Below, one piece after another: positions 60,086 to 64,000 of a DNA stretch of 64,000 nucleotides. This stretch comes from Eutreptiella sp. 'Long Island Sound 2002' (taxonomy: Eukaryota; Protista; Euglenida): positions 104,904,001 to 104,968,000 of the forward strand of contig OZ038378.1 in assembly GCA_964036045.1 (NCBI GenBank). The letters run 5' to 3'. Position 1 is the stretch's first letter; every line of letters begins with the position of its first letter. A program made the position numbers and the translations under genes. The notes beneath the pieces are model-generated. The model saw only the letters and a program-made list of their open reading frames with translations, searched no databases and was not told the DNA's origin.

Positions 60086-62919
60086 TGATGCCCATCTGGA
60101 GCCTGTAGCTCAAGACTCAGTCGGATGATGATGCTGTCTCCTCAATTTTCGCCCAGCATCTGGACATGCACTCTGTGAGTGCCCAGCCATCCCCTGCCAC
60201 TGCAGGCCATGCCATCAGGGTTGCTGGCGGCCGCGTCGGGTATAAACGCACAGAGTGGGGCAGAGAACGGAGAGGGTGAACCCGACCGGAAAAACAGGAG
60301 CGGGGAACGGGGCAGTCCAGGAATGCGGCCCTGAATGAGGGGAGCTGTAGGCGAACCCAAAGAGAGGGGGACCCAGGGACAGGAAACGGAAGGAAGTAAG
60401 GACAAACCTTGCATTGGCAGGAAACGGTCCTTCGGGCTCCCGCCACAAGGTTGCTGGCAGCCCGGTGGGAGATAAATACGCCAGGTACAGACAGGAAGAT
60501 GAAGGAGGACTGAGGGCACCCGGTCAGGGACCCCGCGCAAGAAGGAAAGACGCAAGAGGCGCAGGGACAAGGGCACAAAAACAACAGCCCCGCGGGACGG
60601 GGAAACCAGCCGCCATGGAGAGGTGAACCATGGGCCAACCATGGTGAGCTTGGCCGGGGAAATTGGGAAAATGACGTGGACCCTGCGATGAGCGTAATTT
60701 GTTTTGGGGGTGGGTCAGGATTGACCCCGGGGCCCCGACGTCAAGAGCCAGAGTACGCTTTGGCTCGCGCGTGAGCGGAGCCAAGAAAGCGTGGAAACGG
60801 TCACCCTCTGGCCTCCAGCCGCGGATGCACAACAGCCAAGTGCATCTGGAAGCTAAGTGGATACTCGAGCCCCAGAGAGATGCGGAGTGTTCGAGTGTGG
60901 TTGCAAGAAATGCTGCGCTGTTTGCGACGGCTATCCACAAAAAGCACGGCTGTAGGCAACCGAAAACCGAAAGGCTGTGCTAGGGGGGGGCAGGCCGGAG
61001 GAACCTTCGAAAAGGGACTGGAAGGGGCACACCTGAGCGCGGCGCCTGAAGGAGACCTACTGCCAGTCAGGACTGAGTAAGGTTGGGAACCTGCTAGTTT
61101 TGTGAGTAACCGGTTGTAACCGATTATGTTTACAATAATGGCCGCTTTGACGGAGAAATAGTTTTCGAAATAAACGGTTCTTCCGATGGATTCTCTTTCA
61201 CTAACCAAAATTTTGCAATTGGCAAAAGAGAGCCCATACAAGGAGGAGCACAGTGATCTAATCTACGTTCGAAGTTGTAATTCACCATCAGCCATCGCTT
61301 ATTGCTACCAAAGCCTCTGTTTGGTGCAAAAGTTGGACAGAAAGTACTGCAGAAAAGAACCGAAAAGTTTCAACACCATTCTGGTTCATTGGTTTCAATC
61401 AGTTTTCAAAATAACCGGTTGGGCCAATTGTTTTGAAAAAAATATTATTGCCGATAACCGGTTTTTCCGATTAATTGGTAAAGCTGGTTCCGAACCCTAG
61501 GACCGAGGGGAACCTGGTTGAAGTTCTCGGCCCTGAGGCGGGAGGCTGGGCGAACCAATGGTAGAGAACTCTCCCTCCTGCTAGAGGCGGGCACCGTGTA
61601 GAATAGAAAAAGAAGGTGTAAGACAAGACTGCGTTCGTGGCCGCCCTTACTTACTTCTTTAATTACATCCTCTCGGTCGTTCTAGTCTCAAGCAGTAATC
61701 GCGGTGGCTTTGGGCGACATTTTTTTGCAAATTAAAGAGCTACGACATGAGCGCCACGAAGCGCCCATCCAACATGCCGGGGTGAAGATGACCTCTCCCT
61801 AGTAGCTGTGCGGCGCGCCAATTGAGATAAAGATGAGTCGGAGGCATTGGCAAGGTGTAGGGACTATGAGGCTAAAGAGGCAAGGAAGAAGAAAGGGACA
61901 TAGTTCTCTACAAATGAATATGAGTTTTTTGATTCTATGTGGTGTACGAGGGTGCTCATGTGGTCATGTGTTCTTCAATACATGAGAAGAATTGAGCCTA
62001 TGGTGCCACACCTCATCGTGCCCCATTCGGCATCGTGGTACAATTTAACGTTCATTTTCCTCAATCCGTTCCATCGGTGTGGCTATGTGCATTTGTCTTT
62101 GTGGAAAGGTAGGGAGGTCGTTTGCCATTGGTGGGAAACTCATTTTTGCATGAGGTAGTATATGTTTGGTTTTCTTTTGGCCTCCAAAATGTGATTTTCT
62201 GAGCAAAACACACTTGTGGGATTGAAGCATTCAATTCAACACAACCGAGTACAATGGAAACAATTGCATTGAGATGAAATGAACACCGATAACCTTACAA
62301 TGGTATTCTAGGGAAGAAGACACAGGGGGTAATTGTTTCCTCTGCCAAAAATGCATTCAAATGAAGAGGAAATGTCTTCATTTCTATCGATATTCGAGAC
62401 TGGATGCGGGTGCCCCATGTGGGCAGATCTTATTTGTCTACGCAACTTCTCCAACCTCTGCCTAGGGGACAAAATCGAACAGCTCATAACTCGGGCTACG
62501 TGTGTATTTCTCTTACGCCGTTCCACAAGAGGGCTCCTCATCTCTGTAAAACTGATAGTGCCAATGGCGTACCAGACCTCCACGGTTCATTTTTGACCCC
62601 TTCATGCCCCCCAGGTGTATATCTCCTACATGTCTGGACCTGATCAGTCAGCAGCCAAAGCATGCTCTAGAAAGCAAAAAACGAACACCACACAGCCACT
62701 CAACCACTCAAAAAAGCCCTGTACAGACAAGGTAGGTCTGGGGCTTCATAGGATTGCAGAACTGCCTCAGTTTGGTCCAACAAAGAGACACGGTTGACTC
62801 TCACCCTCGGACGTACATACCAGAATGTCCAAGAGGCCTTGATCACTTTGATGGCACTGTTCAGGACATGTACAGTCAACGTTTTAGAAGTGGGGTTAGG
62901 CAACAAGCTACAACCGTGT

Positions 62920-63290
62920 TGCGTTGTGTTGTGATGTGTTGTGTCGCCCTGTGTTTCGGTGTGTTGTGTTGTGTTGTGTTGTGTTGTGTTGTGTTGTGTG
63001 TGGTGGTGGTGTGTGGCCCCCCCCATGGTGGGGCGTGGTGCGTTGATGTGTGGCCCCCCTCATGGTGGGCCGTGCTGCACTGGGGTGCGGTGTGTTGTGT
63101 TGTGTGGCGTTGTGTGTTGTGGTGGTGTGTGGCCCCCCGCATGGTGGGGCGTGCTGCGTTGGTGTGTGGCCCCCCCCATTGGTGGGGCGTGTTATGTTGG
63201 TGTGTGGCTCCCCTCATACTGGGACGTGTGGTGGTGGTGTGCGGCCCCCCTCATGGTGGGGCTGTGCTGCGTTGTCTTGTGTCGTGTCGA
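62920..63290. repeat. (GTGTT)n microsatellite plus a ~40-bp GTGTGGCCCCCC..ATGGTGGGG minisatellite
   Basis: GTGTT run at ~62950-63000. About six GTG(T/C)GGC(C/T)CCCC units between 63010 and 63260. Confidence 0.85.
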
Positions 63291-64000
63291 ATACGAGAAG
63301 CGAGAGAAGAACGTCCTGGGGCAATTGTTCGAACATCCAATGGCCTACACGTACCCTGTGTACCAAGTCTCATAGTCCATGGACTGCACAACTCTCATTT
63401 GATGGCATCTGTTCGGGAACAGGGGCTCAAAGCAAGATGAGTAAGAACTCATGGCAGCCGCCGGCACATTGGGCGCTGTCGGCTGCCTTGGGCCTCCCTC
63501 CACTGCCATCCTCCTCGCCCCCTCCCCCTCATCCTCCGACACGACGAGGATGTCGTTGACTACCGACTCCCCCCTCCCAGAATCCACACCCGCCATCAGG
63601 TCCGCGATGTTGAACGGGTCCGCCCGCCGCCTCCCCACCGCTCCCTGCCCCTGCCCCTCCCCCATCCACTTAGCTTCCGCTGCCACCACCTCCGTCCTGC
63701 CTCCACTCGCCTCTGCCTGTCCTCCCTTCTCTCCTCCCTCCCCTGTCGCTGCCGCGGCGTCTTCTCCCCTCTGCCGCCCTGCTGCCCGAGGCCCTTCCTG
63801 CCGGACCGTCTCCGGATTCTCCGGAGAACAGGGCGACGACACCTCTGCTGATTTCGCCAAGGACGCCAGCCAGGGGGGCTGCGGGGCTGCGTCCCCCTGC
63901 ATGCGGGCCACCTCCATCCTCACGCCCGCCATTCCCGGCCCCCCGTACCCCCTCACTGCCCGGGGCGGCGGCGCAATCTCCGCTGCTGCCGGCTGGCTGT

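Larger units (their letters stand above)
43654..60217. repeat. ~16.5-kb imperfect inverted duplication (head-to-head arms)
   Basis: Reverse-complement matches: 43654-45438 with 58390-60217, 50191-53120 with 55270-58390, and satellite units 53160-53900 with 54200-55250. The arms are diverged, and the LTR array is present only in the left arm. Confidence 0.88.

Noticed and set aside
60700-61850. Chromodomain remnant (VHLEAKWILEP) followed by a PPT and LTR
   Set aside because: The match is too degenerate, and there is no second LTR copy or TSD in the window to confirm it.
63290-64000. Minus-strand ORF 63345-63956 as a LINE ORF1 or host gene
   Set aside because: Mostly G/A/E-rich low-complexity sequence cut by the window edge, with only a vague Cys cluster.

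Overview
Eukaryotic, transposon-saturated DNA with short GT-AG introns. No rRNA, tRNA, CRISPR or ordinary host gene is recognisable. From left to right: (1) a decayed RAG1/Transib-like transposase (~0.3-2.7 kb). (2) A GC-rich minus-strand host element (Ulp1-like remnant, ~950-bp repeats, LINE RNase H) carrying a second RAG1/Transib-like element (4718-9437) and a young 8.27-kb DNA transposon (12053-20324; 23-bp TIRs, 5-bp TSD). (3) A decayed LINE with APE-RT-Tudor-like-RNase H domains and a repetitive 5' region (28-40.6 kb). (4) A Ty3/gypsy-type element with a Dam-like N6-adenine methyltransferase between protease and RT, present as a ~16.5-kb head-to-head inverted duplication around a 186-bp satellite. 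An LTR-internal-LTR-internal-LTR non-autonomous array is inserted in one arm. The most striking signal is in the 8.27-kb transposon. It encodes an intact DDE-type transposase plus a ParB-like/degenerate-methylase accessory gene, and carries 12 copies of a 22-bp palindrome (AGTGCGCGAGGCCTCGCGCACT) confined to non-coding DNA and centred in introns. The unrelated 4718-9437 element shows the same logic with its own 16-bp palindrome, arranged as triplets at both ends and in each detected intron. All domain calls are by eye and need HMM or structure confirmation.
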